Below are positions 62,508 to 64,000 of a stretch of 64,000 nucleotides of DNA, one piece after another (position 1 is the first letter of the stretch; the number at the start of each line of letters is the position of its first letter). The stretch comes from Octopus vulgaris (taxonomy: Eukaryota), in NCBI GenBank assembly GCA_951406725.2, contig OX597837.1, positions 10,850,001 through 10,914,000 of the forward strand, read 5' to 3'. The notes beneath the pieces were generated by a model. It worked only from the letters and a program-made list of their open reading frames with translations, was not told where the DNA came from and did not search any database. A program made the position numbers and the translations under genes.

Positions 62508-63898
62508 CAGTGATCCCTCGTTTATCACGGTAGATTGGTTCCGAGACCGGCCGCAATAACTGAATTTCCGTGAAGTAGGGACACCATATTTACAGTATTT
62601 ATTTAACGTGTATTTGGAGTCGCAATGGCCCAGTGGTTAGGACAGCGGACTCGCAGTCATAGGATCGTGATTTTGATTCCCAGACCAGGCGTTGTGACTG
62701 TTTATTGAGCGAAAACACCTAAAGCTCCACAAGTCTCCCACAGGAGTGGTAGCAAATCCTGCTGTACTCTTTCCCCACAGCTTTCTCACTCTTACTTCCT
62801 GTTTCTGTTGTGCCTGTATTTCAAAGGACCAGCCTTGTCACACTCTGTGTCACGCTGAATATCCCCGAGAACTACGTTAAGGGTACACGTGTCTGTGGAG
62901 TGCTCAGTCACTTGCACATTAATTTCACGAGCAAGCTGTTCCGTTGATCGGATCAACTGGAACCCTCGTCGTAAGCGACGGAGTGCCAACAGAATCTGGA
63001 CTTTTAAAACCCTCCCTGTACTGTTAACAACCCACCCATTACAGTAGTTTATTAATAACAAGAACAACAGTTAAGCAATAACACTTTAGATTCATCTTCT
63101 CAGCGATCGTCATCATTCTTCGTTTGCGTTTAGGCTTAGTACCAGCCTTGGAAGAAGCAGCACAGTTGAGCCATTGCAGGGGTCGAAAACGCAAAGTTCA
63201 AGGCAAAGAAACAAAAAAATCACACACAGCACAGCGTAAAGTAGTAGAGTAAACCACGCGGCGAGGAAGCTTGAAGCGAAATGGCCGCGAGAGAGAAACA
63301 AGTGAAGATGCTGCGGATCTGAACATCGGTCAAAGCACCGATCACAGGACATGACAAAGTAGAAAGCTGTGATTCGTCGTCTCTCTCCATTGCATCAATC
63401 ACAGCCCGTCTTAAGTTCAAATACCCCTGTATATGCTTTTTTGCTATTTTACGCTTGTTTTGTTGTTCCTAGACTAGGAAATAATATATATTAAAAAAAC
63501 AAACATTTGAGCGAGGTCGTTGCCAGTGCTGCTGGACTTGCTCCTGTGCAGGTGGCACATAAAAAGCACCGTTTGAGCATGGCCGTTGCCAGTACCACCA
63601 ATCTGGCCCTTGTGCCGGTGGCACGTAAAAGCACCCACTACACTCTCGGAGTGGTTGGCGTTATGAAGGGCATCCAGCTGTAGAAACTCTGCCAGATCAG
63701 ACTGGAGCCTGGTTTGCCAGTCCTCAATCAAATCGTCCAACCCATGCTAGCATGGAAAGCGGACGTTCAACGATGATGATGATGATTTTAATGGGTTTAA
63801 TGAAAAATTTTAGGTGCTCATATATATATATATATTTTTAAAATCCGTGAAGTCATGAATCCACGATAGTTGAACCGCGAAGTAGCGAGGGATCACTA
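62508..63898. mobile_element. pogo/Tigger-like non-autonomous element with two nested SINEs (62617-62992, about 63500-63786)
   Basis: TA-flanked TIRs CAGTGATCCCTCG ... CGAGGGATCACT(A). Confidence 0.75.
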
Positions 63899-64000
63899 TA
63901 TGTTCTTCATTTTATCTACTTTGGAAGAATGACAGCTAATTTGAACTTGGCAGGATTTGAACTCAGAACATAAGAGCTGTAAACCACAAACGTTTTTGTA

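Noticed and set aside
62617-62695. Functional tRNA-Arg(TCG) gene
   Set aside because: The tRNA-like head has a degenerate T arm and runs into a SINE body also present at 100-1110.

Overview
AT-rich, microsatellite- and SINE-dense animal genomic DNA; the repeat families point to a coleoid cephalopod, most likely Octopus (inference). Positions 1-42672 (+) hold 22 coding exons of an RBM5/RBM10-family splicing regulator. Its 5' end lies upstream of the window. The exons splice with consistent phases at GT-AG sites into 951 codons plus a stop, in the order RD/RS-rich region, RRM1, RanBP2 zinc finger, RRM2, Q/A-rich linker, OCRE, KEKE-like segment, C2H2 finger, G-patch. The 74-nt RRM1 exon has weak splice sites and sits between the two longest introns, which contain candidate poison/micro-exons. 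This resembles the AS-NMD autoregulation known for vertebrate RBM5/10. Downstream lie an RTE-like LINE end with an in-frame 216-bp duplication, a 31-copy 65-bp hairpin-rich tandem array grown inside a SINE, and Merlin-like MITEs carrying TTAGGG repeats. These are followed by a near-complete GC-rich Tc1 (DD34E) element with an ETS-CRE promoter motif, CR1- and CRE-type LINE fragments, a selenocysteine tRNA gene (57805-57891) with an external promoter and a 3' trailer hairpin, and a probable exon of the next gene (~59956-60111). A minimal hammerhead-ribozyme motif lies antisense in one RBM5 intron. Most ORF-track entries are microsatellite or SINE artefacts. No searches or computations were run; family names come from motif recognition.
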